From assembly GCA_964106915.2 (NCBI GenBank), contig OZ066914.1: a stretch of 64,000 nucleotides of DNA; one strand, given 5' to 3'. This stretch comes from Podarcis gaigeae. Lineage: Eukaryota. Positions 63,623-64,000 of the stretch are shown in pieces. A program made the position numbers and the translations under genes. Numbering within the stretch: position 1 is the first letter of the stretch; every line of letters starts with the position of its first letter. A model generated the notes under the pieces. The model searched no databases. It saw only the letters and a program-made list of their open reading frames with translations, and was not told where the DNA came from.

Positions 63623-63715
63623 GTCAAGAGTTTTCCTTCTCATAGATGGGCTACCTTCCTAAGTTGATGAGCCCCGTCTGCCCCTCACTTCCCTCTAAGC
63701 AGTAGCAATGAATAA

Positions 63716-64000
63716 AAAGGTAAAGGTACCCCTGCCCGTATGGGCCAGTCTTGCCAGACTCTAGGGTTGTGCGCCCATCTCACTCTAGAGGCCGGGAGCC
63801 AGCGCTGTCCAGAGACACTTCCCGGTCACGTGGCCAGCGTGACAAGCTGCATCTGGCGAGCCAGCGCAGCACACGGAATGCCGTTTACCTTCCCGCTGGT
63901 AAGCGGTCCCTATTTATCTACTTGCACCCGGGGGTGCTTTCGAACTGCTAGGTTGGCAGGCACTGGGACCGAACGATGGGAGCGCACCCCACCGCGGGGA
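63716..64000 (-). mobile_element. Sauria SINE (same subfamily as 38176; cut by the window end)
   Basis: AAAGGTAAAGGTACCCCTGCCCGTA tail and core. Confidence 0.9.

Larger units (their letters stand above)
62850..63700. mobile_element. Older retroelement-derived repeat that hosts the Pack-hAT insertion
   Basis: The GAGTTTTCCTTCTC..AGATGGG.TACCTTCC..AG.TGA.GAGCCC motif resumes directly after the TSD. Family assignment is uncertain (RTE/Vingi-like). Confidence 0.4.

Noticed and set aside
63171-63645. Long GC-rich ORFs (117-130 aa), or a genuine GNAL gene at this position
   Set aside because: The long ORFs are GC-content artefacts. GNAL similarity stops after at most ~21 codons at the transposon arm and no G-alpha exons follow, so this is cargo and not the gene.

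Overview
This is eukaryotic DNA from a squamate, probably a lacertid lizard; that is an inference from the Sauria SINE, BovB/RTE, L2 and MITE repertoire. The window holds the 5' half of KLF7 on the minus strand: a CpG-island promoter (~59.1-59.6 kb), coding exon 1 (58364-58465), a 43,526-bp intron 1 and coding exon 2 (14228-14837, ending after zinc finger 1). I did not find the exons for zinc fingers 2-3, so they probably lie left of the window. The rest is intronic or upstream DNA dense in transposons. The standout is a non-autonomous hAT element at 63084-63622 with intact terminal inverted repeats (TIRs) and an 8-bp target-site duplication (TSD). Its GC-rich interior carries the putative 5'UTR and first codons of a foreign host gene, MGLCYSLHPRLFG, which matches the N-terminus of the long GNAL isoform (XL-Golf). 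An empty sibling at 43997-44188 has a telomere-like tandem-repeat core where the cargo sits. Together they look like a Pack-hAT gene-fragment capture system. Secondary observations are MITE cores rich in NRF1/ETS/NF-Y motifs, a pre-miRNA-sized hairpin inside a Tc2-like MITE, a duplicated RFX/homeobox module in intron 2, CArG and MEF2 sites in the KLF7 promoter, an in-frame upstream ATG, and fold-back junctions at RTE/SINE insertions. All family names come from recall of motifs; no database search was run.
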